64,000 nucleotides of DNA from Paramoeba atlantica (lineage: Eukaryota; Protista; Discosea): assembly GCA_977017575.1 (NCBI GenBank), contig CDRNVI010000164.1, positions 186,001 through 250,000 on the forward strand, read 5' to 3'. Each line of letters starts with the position of its first letter. Position 1 is the stretch's first letter. The translations under genes and the position numbers were made by a program. Shown piece after piece: positions 1 through 11,000 of the stretch. The notes beneath the pieces were generated by a model. It was not told the origin of the DNA. It worked only from the letters and a program-made list of their open reading frames with translations, and ran no database searches.

Positions 1-826
1 ATCATGGCTTTGAAGAAGACAACGAAAACAAATAAGAACGGAACACTTAAAACAAAATCCATGGACAGTCTCAAAAGGATGTTTTGGACATTGTTTCTCC
101 TTCAAGGCCAACCCAGCACGGTCAACAACATTCACACTTGAACTACCTTCTGGTTGATGGCGTTCGCGTTTATGGTTTTGGGTAAAAATCGTCGAAGTGT
201 GAGAAGGATCACAAGTATCACAAATAAACATTTGGCAAAGGGGGCAGTACATCTCGGTTCTCTCTCCACAACTTTTAAAATTAAAGCATTCCTTTCTTTC
301 TGTTGAATTTTTGAATAAAAATAAAAAATTGACACAGACATAAAAAAAAAATATAAGAAAGAAAGAAACCGAGACCAACTGTTGGTTTGGCCAAAGATAA
401 CATGTTTGAAGAAACAAGAGCGTCAACCGTCTCAGGTATTAGATTATTCAATTGAAGAGATTCCACAGAAGTGCATTCGAAATTTTTTCGACAAACAGGA
501 CATCTTAATTGAAAAGAAGAAGAAGAAGAAGAAGAAGAAGAAGAAGAACTTTCACTCTTCTGTTGGCTCACCAGTTTTTCAAGACACTCAGTACAAAATG
601 AATGCCCACATAAGAGCATTCTCGGTTCTCTCTCCCAACACATCATCTCAAAACAAACCCCACAACGAAAACCATAATGGTCAGACTCCTCATCATCACA
701 TTCTTCTTTTGTTTTTTTTCTTCTGACAACTGGTTGAGGACCTCCTCCTCCTCCTCCTCCTCCTCCTCCCTCCCTCCGAACAACAACAACAACCTCTTCT
801 CGTTTTCTCTTTCCCTTCTCGTTCAT
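1..826 (-). CDS. RING-B-box-B-box (TRIM/RBCC-like) E3 ligase, 5' part; runs off the left edge
   Basis: ATG at 826 (MNEKGKRK). RING CGVCFEMM..CGHSFCTECL..(Ser-rich insert)..CPVCR. GT-AG intron 375..300 splices in frame to B-boxes CFNFKSCGERTEMYCPLCQMFICDTCD..H and CPKHP..GFCFKCSVLICFRCL..H. Clear paralog of the genes at 32069 and 37193. Confidence 0.85.
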
Positions 827-1162
827 GCAAAAAACGCACAAAACAAAATTGGCCGAGAAAAAAATGGCCATTTTTTTTGGCCGTGATTTTGGCCACCTAA
901 TAATGTTTGCTTGGAGATGGTCAGTTCTGAGTTAGTTCTTTGTAGATTTTGCATTTGGTCTCGATCGTTGGCGATCCTCTTTTGAGAATGAGACAAGACA
1001 AATTGCTCTTCTCCAAAATTTAGGTGGAGCTTGTGTTTGAGGATTCAAGAATATTGTTTGACTTTTTTCCCAAACAAATGAAACAAAAGAAAAAACAACA
1101 AAATTATGTTGTGTGTCTGTTTTTCTGTTTTTTTCATTTGAAATCCCCACAGTTTTTAATTC

Positions 1163-1888
1163 TCATTGTCTTGCAGATTTGATGTTTCTGAACTGATTTG
1201 TGACCCCACGAATCGTGTGAGAAACGATAAGTTGGAACATTTCTTCGACATTTGTTTTGAGCAGTGCACTTGTTTCAAGGAATGGAAGATGAAGAGAAGA
1301 TCCCAAATTTTCTCCTTCTATGGTTGAAACTTCTCTTTCTGATTCAAGATCACTTTTGTTTCCAATAAGAATTCCAATTGGGACATCTTCACTCTTCACT
1401 TTTTGAATTTGTTCATAAAAGGATCGAATTTCTTCAAACGAGGCTTTTGAAGTGACAGAATACACTAAAATAAAAGATTTGTTGTATTTCATATATGATT
1501 CTCTCAGTGTTGAGAAATTCGAGTGACCTCCGATATCTTTTGAAAGGGGGGGGGGGGGGAAATTATTTCATATCTCCTCTTTTTCTCCATCAAAAAAGAA
1601 AAGAACAAACCTTGAAAGATTGCGAGAGTAGCCTCCTTTTCATCCACCCCCTGAATATGCGTTTGATAACTGAAAACCCATTTCTTTTCAAAAAAGAAAG
1701 CCACAAAAAAAAAGAAAGGCAAGTATTTGAAAAAAGAAAACAAACTTATCTTCAACTGTTGGGTCATACACGCTCACAAAATGGTTCGAAAGAAATCGGG
1801 TCACCAAAGCAGTTTTTCCAACTCTTCCAGCACCCATGACAGCAAATTTGATTGAACCATTTCGTTTTCGAGAATGACTTGTCCCCAT
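1163..1888 (-). CDS. Ras-family small GTPase, atypical (3 exons: 1888-1746, 1669-1611, 1536-1163)
   Basis: Spliced product has G1 GAGRVGKT, effector YDPTVED, G3 DIGGH, G4 NKSD and G5 ETSAL. N-terminus MGTSHS; no CAAX; ends NIKSARQ*. Exon phases are consistent. Confidence 0.9.
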
Positions 1889-2126
1889 CTCCTTTCTCTG
1901 TCTCTCTCTCCTCTGTCTCTCTCTCTTTCTCTCCCACACCGTTTTTCTGTTTTCTCTCTCTCCCAAAGAATGATGTGTTGAAAAACTGTGTCTTATTTTA
2001 GAGACCCAAAAAATCAGCACCCCCAAATCAACTTCACCGAATTTATTTTTGCTTTTGTTTCTCTTTCTTTTGCTTCGACCATTCCCTTGCAATGCGCCAA
2101 GGAATCGTCGTTTTGAAAGGGTTTCA

Positions 2127-3197
2127 ATGGATCTGGTAAAGTTCTATTGGAAAGGATCCTTTGGTTACCTTTGTGAAGAGGGACATTCCATCGCTGATGC
2201 TTTTCGAAATCCAAGACGATTTGGAAATGGCGCTGCCATTTGCCAAAACGCGGTTGGTGTTGTGTGTTCCTCTCTGTCTGATCAGGAAGCAGCAGTTTGG
2301 TTTCGACGAGCCGCAGAACGTGGGAATGTCTACGCACAATGGAACTTAGCTTGGATGTATTCTATGGGTGAAGGTGTTGAAAAAGATTCTGAGGAATCGT
2401 TCAAGTGGTTCCAACTCAGCGCGGATGGAGGGTTTTCGCTCGCCCAAAATCATGTCGGGATTCTCTTTGAGGATGGGAAAGAAGGTGTTGCCCAAAGCTT
2501 CGAAAAAGCGGCAGAATATTATCGATTGAGTGCATTACAAGGTGATTCTTATAGTCAAACAAATCTAGGAAAATTGTATGAACTCGGGTTGGGGGTTCCA
2601 CAAGAACTTGATGAAGCGGTAAGATGGCATCGAGCGAGTGTGAAACAAGGAAATCCAGTTGCCCAAAATAATCTTGGACTTGCGTATGAAAGAGGGAGAG
2701 GTGTTGAATTGAATCAAAAGAAAGCATTGTATTGGTACAAAGCGAGCGCAGCTCAAGGTGATTCGTGTGGTCAAGCAAATTTAGGAAGGGCGTATCAAAA
2801 TGGGTGGGTCGATGGTTCTAAAAAGCCACTTGAGGAAGCGTCCAAGTGGTATCGTTTAAGTGCCAAACAAGGAAATTCCTCTGGGCAAGTGAATTTGGGG
2901 ATGATGTATCTGCGTGGATTGGGAATCGCGAAAGATGAACAAGAAGCTCTTAAATTGTTTCGATTAAGTGCTGAGAAAGGAAGCGCAGTTGGGCAATATT
3001 ACCTCGGATTTATGTTAGAGAAAAATGGGGATCACGATGAAGCAAAGAGATATTATCGTTTGAGTGCTGAACAAGGAAATGACCTCGCCAGAGATCGGTT
3101 GGCCGCAGTCTTGAACATCCACCCCAACAAAAACGAGAATGACAATATTCTCCCCCCTCCTGCTCCTTTTATCGACGAGAACATTGATAACAACTAA
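2127..3197 (+). CDS. Sel1-like repeat (SLR) protein, intronless
   Basis: Multiple repeats of A(Q)xNLGxxYxxGxGVxxDxxxAxxWYxxSAxQG. Likely ATG at 2127, in frame with the listed ORF. Divergent from the Ras gene. Confidence 0.9.
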   Translation: MDLVKFYWKGSFGYLCEEGHSIADAFRNPRRFGNGAAICQNAVGVVCSSLSDQEAAVWFRRAAERGNVYAQWNLAWMYSMGEGVEKDSEESFKWFQLSADGGFSLAQNHVGILFEDGKEGVAQSFEKAAEYYRLSALQGDSYSQTNLGKLYELGLGVPQELDEAVRWHRASVKQGNPVAQNNLGLAYERGRGVELNQKKALYWYKASAAQGDSCGQANLGRAYQNGWVDGSKKPLEEASKWYRLSAKQGNSSGQVNLGMMYLRGLGIAKDEQEALKLFRLSAEKGSAVGQYYLGFMLEKNGDHDEAKRYYRLSAEQGNDLARDRLAAVLNIHPNKNENDNILPPPAPFIDENIDNN

Positions 3198-3579
3198 AAA
3201 TAAGAGAGAATCTCCTTTTTTTTGTCAAACTTTGAAGAGCAGAGCAGAGAAAAAAAGAATGTTATGTAAGATGTAAAAAAAAGAGACATTCATGTTTATT
3301 TATTAAATGCTCCTTGTGGGAAAGAAAAATGCCTTTTGATTTTTTGTCCTTTTCACCTTGCTTTCCTTTTCACCACAAAAAGTAAAAACAATAGGACCTT
3401 CTTTTTCTCAAGCTTTTTCTTTCTGAGCTTTTTTCTTTGTGAGATTCTCACTCACTCTTCGGAGCCAGATATGCGCGCCCTTTCTTAGGAAGAAGGAGGA
3501 GGAGGGTTTGGCTTGAAACAGGCGGAAAACATTTGACATTCACAAATAAGATTTCCTCTCAGTCGCAATCGCAAAATTT

Positions 3580-4924
3580 CTATCGATACAATCGATAAAT
3601 ATGAACAGTACTTCGAACATCAACATCACCAGAATCTTCTTCGAACATGACAGGTTTCTTTGTTCGAAAGAGTAATTCAATTTTGAAGTTGAATGGAGGA
3701 TTCACAGCAAGCGTCAAGAATCGGAGGTCTTTTTCTTCATTTTCTGGAATGTGATGAGAGAAAGCAACGATTACCTTTTAATTTAATTTTTGAGGTGAGT
3801 TTAGTGACGATTTCAAAGAATGAAAAGGAGAGAATGAAAAGGAAATAAAACCTCTCCTGAAGGAGAAAGACAATTCTGGCAAGTTGTTAAAAGAGCAGAA
3901 TGTTCGGAGTGATTGAAGACTAAGTCTGCTAAGAGGATGACATCAAAGGGAGAAGAACGAGGAGAGAGAGAAGAAGAAGAAGGAGGAGGTCCATCACCAA
4001 CATCACCAACATCACCAAGACAAGTTGATAAGAGTTCCGATGGATCCTTTCCCCAAATATACCCACACACAGCTACAAAAAGAAACCACAGAGTTAATAT
4101 TGAGAGGATGTGGAGATATATGAAAAAAACTTCAATCAATATATACCGACTCGATTCTGAAGAGAAGAAGGAAGACAATTTTCAACATTCTTTCGAATGT
4201 TCTCCAAAAGTTCTGTGTCAGGATAATCTGAGATCACGGTTGACTTCGCACCACACAATGCAGAGACCTAGAAGAAAAAATTGTTGTCAGAATCAAAGAG
4301 AAAGGGTTCTTGAGAGTTAAAATAAAAGAAATTTTAACCAATGATGGAAGAGCAGAAGCAGCACCAAGCTCAAGAACTCGTTTTCCTGACACATCCAAAT
4401 ATGTTGCACATGATCCACAGGGTCTTTGAATTTTTGAAAGATGAGGCACAAGTTGAGAGTGATCACCTGTTTTTTGTAGAATCGAAAGGGGTTGACCACT
4501 AATCATATCTGTGATTACAATCCCTGTGTTGAAAAAAACCATTGAGAAAATTCGAGAGACCAAGAGAAAAAAAACCGAAAGGAAAAGAGAAAGAGAAAGA
4601 GAAAGAGAAAGAGAAAGAGAAAAAAGACCGGCATTCCAAAGACAATGTCCCCAGAGAGGATGGGAACCTACTAACTGCAGTTTCAATAAAGTACTTTGGT
4701 CTTGTTTTTCTCCTCCAGTTTGTTCTTCGATTTTTGACTCGCCACGAACTTGACATTGATGAGAAGAACGTCGAAATCGATACAACTTCACCGAACCTTC
4801 AGGTGGTTTCTCGTAGAAATCTGATCATTCGTTCCATCAAAACAAAAAAATAACAAGATAAAGAAAGATAAAGACCTTCATCATCAAACATCATCCCACC
4901 CATAACATCGCCATCATCATCCAT
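3580..4924 (-). CDS. Protein N-terminal/lysine methyltransferase, EFM7/NNT1-like (seven-beta-strand, multi-exon)
   Basis: Exon pieces give LVGSHPLWGHCLWNAG, GKRVLELGAASALPSL (SAM motif I), GYIWG, FDVILLADLVFNHSEHSALL, VAFSHH and VMFEEDSGDVDVRSTVH. ATG 4924 (MDDDGDVMGGMMF); TAG 3582-3580. Confidence 0.8.
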
Positions 4925-5129
4925 GATCGTTTGCGAGATCAAACGAAAAAGAGATAAAACGAAAAAGAGAAACACTTTCGCGGACACCATAGAGACGAAG
5001 AGGGACACCGACTTGATCGCCTCCTGTTGTTTGCGTTTTCACCTTGTTTCTTAATTGGGTTTAAGAAAATCACAAGAAATTGAATTGGTTTTTTTGAATG
5101 AATAATAAAAAAACTGGGAGGGATTCGTA

Positions 5130-5157
5130 AGATAGATAGATAGATAGATAGAGATAG
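5130..5157. repeat. (AGAT)n microsatellite
   Basis: agatagatagatagatagatagagatag read directly. Confidence 0.85.
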
Positions 5158-5208
5158 TTTATTTTTTTAATGTACAAGAATTTTTTTTTTTGGCTTCCCA
5201 ATACTTTT

Positions 5209-6228
5209 TCAATATTGGCAAGTCAGGTGGCGGTAGGAATCACCCCATGTTTGCGAGCGAGAAGGAGCCGCTGATGTTAAAGGAAAGAGGGGTGGTTGTT
5301 GAAGAAGTGTTGAGAGGGAGGGAAGAAGGGGTTGAGAAGTTTTGATTGGAGCAAATACTGGTTGGGAAAACGAGTTCGAAAAAGGGTTGTTGTGGAAAGT
5401 TGAATCATTAAGGATTGCAGAGGGAGGAGGGAGTCTGGGGGGAGGGAGAACTTTTTGTTGTTCAAAACAGCGGGTCGACGAGGAAAAGGGAACTGGTGGA
5501 AATAATTGTTGGAGAGGAGGTAACAAAAGGCAAGAAGGAAGAGCAGATCTCTCATTCATCTGAGGAAGAGGTGGGAGAAAGAGTGACTCCCCGCCGTCAC
5601 CAGAAGAACGCTTGAGTTTTTTTGGGGGAGGATGATTTTCTATTTCTGTTGTGAATCCGGTTCCGAGAGGTTGTGAATCAGGACTGATCGATCTTTTGCG
5701 GTTTTTGCATGTCGTCTCGCCCTCCGAAAGATTGATAAATTTTCCACTCTTGACAAGGCCTTTTAACTTCTCGATTGTAAGTTGCCATTCCAAAGAGTCT
5801 TCGTTGTTCTCAATTTTTTTCAGAATCGCAGGCGCCCCTCGTTGACGACGAGTTTTAAACCACTTTTGGACTTGAGGGTATTGAATGGACAATTCTTTCG
5901 CAAGTTGCGCTTTCAAGTAAGAGGTAGGGTATTTTGAGTGATTTTGGAAAACCCACTCAAGCACTCGGACTTGTTCAACAGCGAGGTTCACCCTGCCTTT
6001 GTAACCTCCTCGAAGCTTTCTGTTTCGAATCCACAGCCGAATTTGCTCTGCAGAAAGTCCTGTTGATTGAGACACTTCCAAAAATTTCTTTTTTTTGAGT
6101 TCATGTTTGTCGTCTTCGCAGCTGAGACCATCACTCTCAGCCTCGAGTTCCAAGTAGAGACGTTCAAGGGCTTCTCGTTGGGAAGGGGTATAAGTTGGAG
6201 TCGTATAAGTTTTTGTAATGCTCTTCAT
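5209..6228 (-). CDS. Double-homeodomain transcription factor with Pro/Leu-rich C-terminus, intronless
   Basis: HD1: YTPSQREALERLY...STGLSAEQIRLWIRNRK. HD2: EQVRVLEWVFQNHSKYPT..KAQLAKELSIQYPQVQKWFKTRRQR. Likely ATG at 6228. Confidence 0.8.
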   Translation of the reverse strand: MKSITKTYTTPTYTPSQREALERLYLELEAESDGLSCEDDKHELKKKKFLEVSQSTGLSAEQIRLWIRNRKLRGGYKGRVNLAVEQVRVLEWVFQNHSKYPTSYLKAQLAKELSIQYPQVQKWFKTRRQRGAPAILKKIENNEDSLEWQLTIEKLKGLVKSGKFINLSEGETTCKNRKRSISPDSQPLGTGFTTEIENHPPPKKLKRSSGDGGESLFLPPLPQMNERSALPSCLLLPPLQQLFPPVPFSSSTRCFEQQKVLPPPRLPPPSAILNDSTFHNNPFSNSFSQPVFAPIKTSQPLLPSLSTLLQQPPLFPLTSAAPSRSQTWGDSYRHLTCQY

Positions 6229-6958
6229 GGTCTTTTTTTCAAGAGAAAAGAAAGTGACAATTTGGAACAAAAACCGGAAGAGAACCTCGTTGCGACCCCC
6301 ATGACGAGGAACCGGAACAATCCGTGTTGGTTGCAACGAAGAATGAGGAAAAATCGTTGCCACGTCATCTTCTGCTCCCTTCTGAATTTTCTTTCCTTTT
6401 TTCCTCTGAGTGTAAAACAAATATAAAATATATTTTTAGAAAATTTTGTGGAGTATTTTTGTCCATTCTAAGATTGAGACCTTTTCCTGTTGACCAGAGA
6501 CGAGGAATGGTGGGATGTTCGTGTTTCTTCGTCCCAAAAAAGAACCCCATGATTTTGAGGTGTTTGTTCTTTCGAGGACTCAAAAATTCTAGATTGAAAA
6601 TTCGAATCTTGGTCCTCAACACTTTCGAATTTTTGAAAACCCTGGTAATTAAAAGTGCAAAAGTTTTTCACTTTTGGTTGGGAGAGGGAAACGGGGTGGT
6701 TGCCTTGAAGGTGAACTGTCTTCTTTTCAATCATAAAAAAGACACGTCTTTTGAACAACTTTGTTTTCTTTTCTTTTCAAGAATTTTCAAGAATAATGTT
6801 TTTTTTTTCAAATCATGATTTTCACAGTTTTGTTGTTTTGTTTTTGAAAACTTTGATTGGGCGAGTTCTTTTGAAAAGAACAACACCCTCTTCTTTTGTT
6901 TGTTTTGTCTCAAATTATTTTGAGTCCGAAAAATATTCAGTTCTCAGCTTTTTTTTTT

Positions 6959-7678
6959 TTAACTTTGCAGAGATCTTGATCGTTGTTCAAATGACTTGAC
7001 TTCTTGGACCAAAACATCATAAATCCGATGACAACCTTGTATCCCAAGCTTTAAAACCTTTTCATACGTGTCCAAATCTGCACGATAATCCATTTGCATC
7101 ATTATCACTTTATCTGACTTGGGTAAAATAGCGACAGGCATGTCAACTCCTCGAGCAGAATCTTCCAAATAATTCAAATCAAGCAAAGGAGTATTGTCAA
7201 TACAACCCGCTGCACAAGCAACCACAAAATCTTTCATTGGGATTCCTGCAACGACACAAGCCAGGGTAATTGCATTGATGCTTGCACAACGAGTTCCTCC
7301 ATCTGCTTGAAGAACTTGAACATAAATATTGATCATGGAACCAGGAAATTGAGTGACTAAGATTGCTTCTTCAAAAGTTTGTTTGATGGCAAGAGAGATT
7401 TCCAGATTTCTTCGATTTCCTTTTGTTCTTTGTTTTCTTTCACCAGTACTAAATGGAGCCATACTGTACTCGCAAGTTACAACAGCGCGATCGTGAAGTC
7501 CTTTTCCTCGTTTTGCTTCTTGTGGTCCGTACACAGCAGCGAGGACTTTGGTGTTTCCTTGTTCATAATAAGCGGAACCATGAGCATGTGAGAGAACTCC
7601 AACACGACAACGAATTCTTCGGAGTTCATTTGGTCGACGACCATCTAATCGAAGACCTTCTGGGGAAATGTACTCCAT
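6959..7678 (-). CDS. RRP41: Exosome complex component RRP41 (RNase PH-like)
   Basis: MEYISPEGLRLDGRRPNELR, GSAYYEQGNTKVLAAVYGP, YSMAPFSTGERK and QVLQADGGTRCASINA are diagnostic RRP41/EXOSC4 motifs. Single intact ORF. Confidence 0.97.
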   Translation of the reverse strand: MEYISPEGLRLDGRRPNELRRIRCRVGVLSHAHGSAYYEQGNTKVLAAVYGPQEAKRGKGLHDRAVVTCEYSMAPFSTGERKQRTKGNRRNLEISLAIKQTFEEAILVTQFPGSMINIYVQVLQADGGTRCASINAITLACVVAGIPMKDFVVACAAGCIDNTPLLDLNYLEDSARGVDMPVAILPKSDKVIMMQMDYRADLDTYEKVLKLGIQGCHRIYDVLVQEVKSFEQRSRSLQS

Positions 7679-8074
7679 CAGGAGACAAAAAGCAAACAGA
7701 GAGAAACGAAAGAACGAAAAAAAAGAGGAAAAAGAAAACGAAAAAAAGAAAAAAGAAACGAAAAAAAAAAAAAAATGTCAAAAAATATCAAAATTTGATG
7801 TCAAAAGAACGTTGTTGGTGCGATTTTTTGCTGTTTTTGCTTTTCGGTGAGGTTCTGTTTTGTTTTTTACGTTTTGGAGAATCTTTTTTCTTTTTTGTCC
7901 TTAAATTACTCAAGAAACATGATTTGGTTCCTTTTCTTTGCCTCTTTTTTCTTTCTGTCTTGGTGTTTTTCGAGTTGTGTTTGGTTGTTTTTGTTGGATT
8001 GTTGTTTGTTGTGGAATTTTCGACTAAGTTAAGGTGTTTGCTTGAGTTGGTGTCTGCTTTGGATGTTTGAGAGA

Positions 8075-11000
8075 ATGTTTCTTCTCCCAGAATTTGTGTC
8101 TAAATTTCCCTAAAATTTTTCCCTTTTCCCTTTTCTCTGCCAAAAATCTGTTCCTCTCCAGGGTTTATGGCGCTGGAATTGCAGTTACTTTGTCCGTGGG
8201 TGTCTACTATTTCTTCTTAAGGTCAACTGCTGCGGGGCAAATCACAAAAAACGATGAAGAACAAAAAGATCAAAACGAACAACAATCTCGTGAGATAGAT
8301 TTTGGAAGTGCATCTGCGAAAGAAATTGTTCCCTCAAAAGTTGATTTGAAGAAAAAGGAGGAAGGAGTGAGAAAGAAAAAAGAGGAGGAAGAGAAGAAGA
8401 AGAAAGAAGAGGAAGAGAAAAAGAAAAAAGAGGAGGAAGAGAATAAGAAAAGAGAAGAAGAGAAAAAGAAAAAAGCAGAAGAAGAGAAAAAGAAAAAGGA
8501 TGAAGAGGCAAAGAAAAAGAAAGCAGAAGAAGCGAGGAAGAAGAAGGAAGAGGAAGAGAAAAAGAAAAGAGAAGAAGAGGAAAAGAAAAGAAGGGAAGAA
8601 GAGGTGAGGAAAAAGAAAGCTGCGGAAGAAGAAGCAAGAAAGAAGAAAGAAGAAGAAAAGAAGAAAAGAGAAGATGAAGAGAAGAAAGAAGAAGAAAGGA
8701 AGAGGAAGGAAGAGGTGGCGAGGTTAAAGAAAGAAGAAGAAGAGAGGAAGGGGAAAGAAGAAGAAAGAAAGAGAAGAGAGGAAGAAGAGAAGAGAGAGAG
8801 AGAAGAGAGAAAGAAGAGGGAGGAAGAAGAGAGATTGAAGAGAGAAGAGGAAGAGAGAAAGAAGAGGGAAGAAGAAGAGAAGAAGAAAAAAGAGGAGGAG
8901 GAGAGGTTGAGAAAGGAAGAGGAAGAAAGATTAAGAAAAGAGAAAGAAGAGAAACAGAAAAAGGTGGAAGAAGAAGAGAGAAAGAGAAAAGAAGAAGAGG
9001 AGGAGGAGAGGCTTAAAAAAGAGAAAGAGGAAGAAGAGAGATTGAAGAAAGAAGAAGAAGAGAGGTTGAGAAAAGAAGAAGAGGAAAGACAGAAGAAAGA
9101 AGAAGAAGAGAGACTCAAGAGGGAAGAAGAAGAGAGACAAAGAAAGGAAGAAGAGGAGAGAAAGAAAAGAGAGGAAGAAGAGAGACTCCAAAAAGAAGAA
9201 GAAGAGAGACTCAAGAAGGAAGAAGAGGAAAGACAGAGGAAAGAGGAAGAAGAGAGATTGAAAAAAGAAGAAGAAGAGAGATTGAAAAAAGAAGAAGAAG
9301 AGAGATTGAAAAAAGAGGAAGAAGAGCGATTGAAAAAAGAAGAGGAGGAAAGACAAAAGAAAGAAGAGGAAGAAAGACTGAGAAAAGAAGAAGAGGAGAG
9401 ATTGAAAAAAGAGGAAGAGGAGAGACAAAAGAAAGAAGAAGAAGAGAGACTCAAAAAAGAAGAAGAAGAGAGGCAAAGAAAAGAAGAGGAAGAGAGACAA
9501 AAGAAAGAAGAAGAAGAGAGACTCAAAAAAGAAGAAGAAGAGAGATTGAAAAAAGAAGAGGAAGAAAGACAACAGAGAGAAGAGGAAGAGAGACTCAAAA
9601 AAGAAGAAGAAGAGAGACTCAAAAGGGAAGAAGAGGAGAGACAGAAGAGAGAAGAGGAAGAGAAGCAAAAAGAAGAGAAAGAAGAAGAGAAAGAAGAAGA
9701 GGGGAAGAAAGAATTAAAAGAAGGACAATATTTGTGCGCGAAATGCAACGAAGTTAACGAACAAGAGGACGTTTTCTGTGCGGAATGTGGCCATAAACGA
9801 GAGGAGAAAGAAGAAGAGAAAGAAGAAGAGAAGAAGGAAGAGAAACAAGAAGAAGATGGGATATATATTTGTAGTAAGTGTGGAGAAAAGAATCCAATCG
9901 ATGAAGGAGTCTTCTGTTCAGAATGTGGCCACAAAAACGAAATTGGAAAAAAGAAAGAAATTCCGATCCTTATTCTCACAGAAATTCCGTAATTCTCTTT
10001 ATTTTTTTACCCTCTCTCTCCTTCTCCCTTTCTCTCTTTTCCTTTCTCGAGCTCCTTTCCCTTTATTCTTGATCTCTCAATTTTCAACTCTCTTTTTTCT
10101 CTTTTAACTTTTCCCCTTTCACAGAAAAACAGAGAAAATTTTGACTCACCAAACAAGAGAAAGAGCAAGAACAGCAACCAGAAAACCATCACAATGGCCA
10201 CTTCCAATCGATATTTCTGTTACAGATTTGCAGTATGAGCCCAAAAAGGTATTTTTTTTTTGGAATTTTTTGGAATTTTTTGGAATTTTATTGTTTTGTT
10301 TTATTTGTTTTTTTGTAGTCGTTTATTCTAATTGTTTGTTGTGATTGATTGATTGTTGTTCTTGTTGGATCTTATTGTGGTAATCTTGGCTGTTTATTCT
10401 TCTCCATAACTCATTTTTTTTTGTTCAAAAAGGCTCCTCAATCAGCCGTTGGACGTCCAGGGATGGGAGGAATTAACCCTGGTCTTGCTCTTGCAGGTCT
10501 CCGAAAAACAGACTTTTCAAAATCAGAGGCGAGTTTTTTAGGTTTTCTCTCTCTCCTTGTTTTCTTTTTAAATTCTTTTGACTCACTTTTTGGTTTTCTT
10601 TCGTAGAATCGGGCAGCAGTTCCAAACCTGCACCTGCACCTGAGGGTTCAATTTTCTTTTGTCAGACCATTTTCTTTTTTTCTTTTTTTTTCTTAAAAAA
10701 TCTTTTCATAGAGGGTTCATTGGAGTCCAAACGAGCCGCTATTGCTGCAGGTAAGAGTTTTGCACAAAAAAAGAGAATGAGATTGAAGATTGTGAGCTGA
10801 CTTGAAAAAATAGTTGGGGGATTAGTGCGAAAAGATACAATGTCTTCATTCAATTTGGATCCCTTAGCTGCTTTGCGAGCGAAAAAGAAGAGTTTCCCTC
10901 CTCCCAAACGTTTGTATTTGTTTTTTTCTTTCTGTCAGAGAGGATGTTTTAATGTCTCTCTCGTTCTTAAACTTATTATTTTTTGTTTTATTTAGTTGAG

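Noticed and set aside
8242-9979. Long antisense F/L/S-rich ORFs (569, 245 and 131 aa)
   Set aside because: Shadows of the purine-only KE repeat, whose reverse complement cannot form stop codons.
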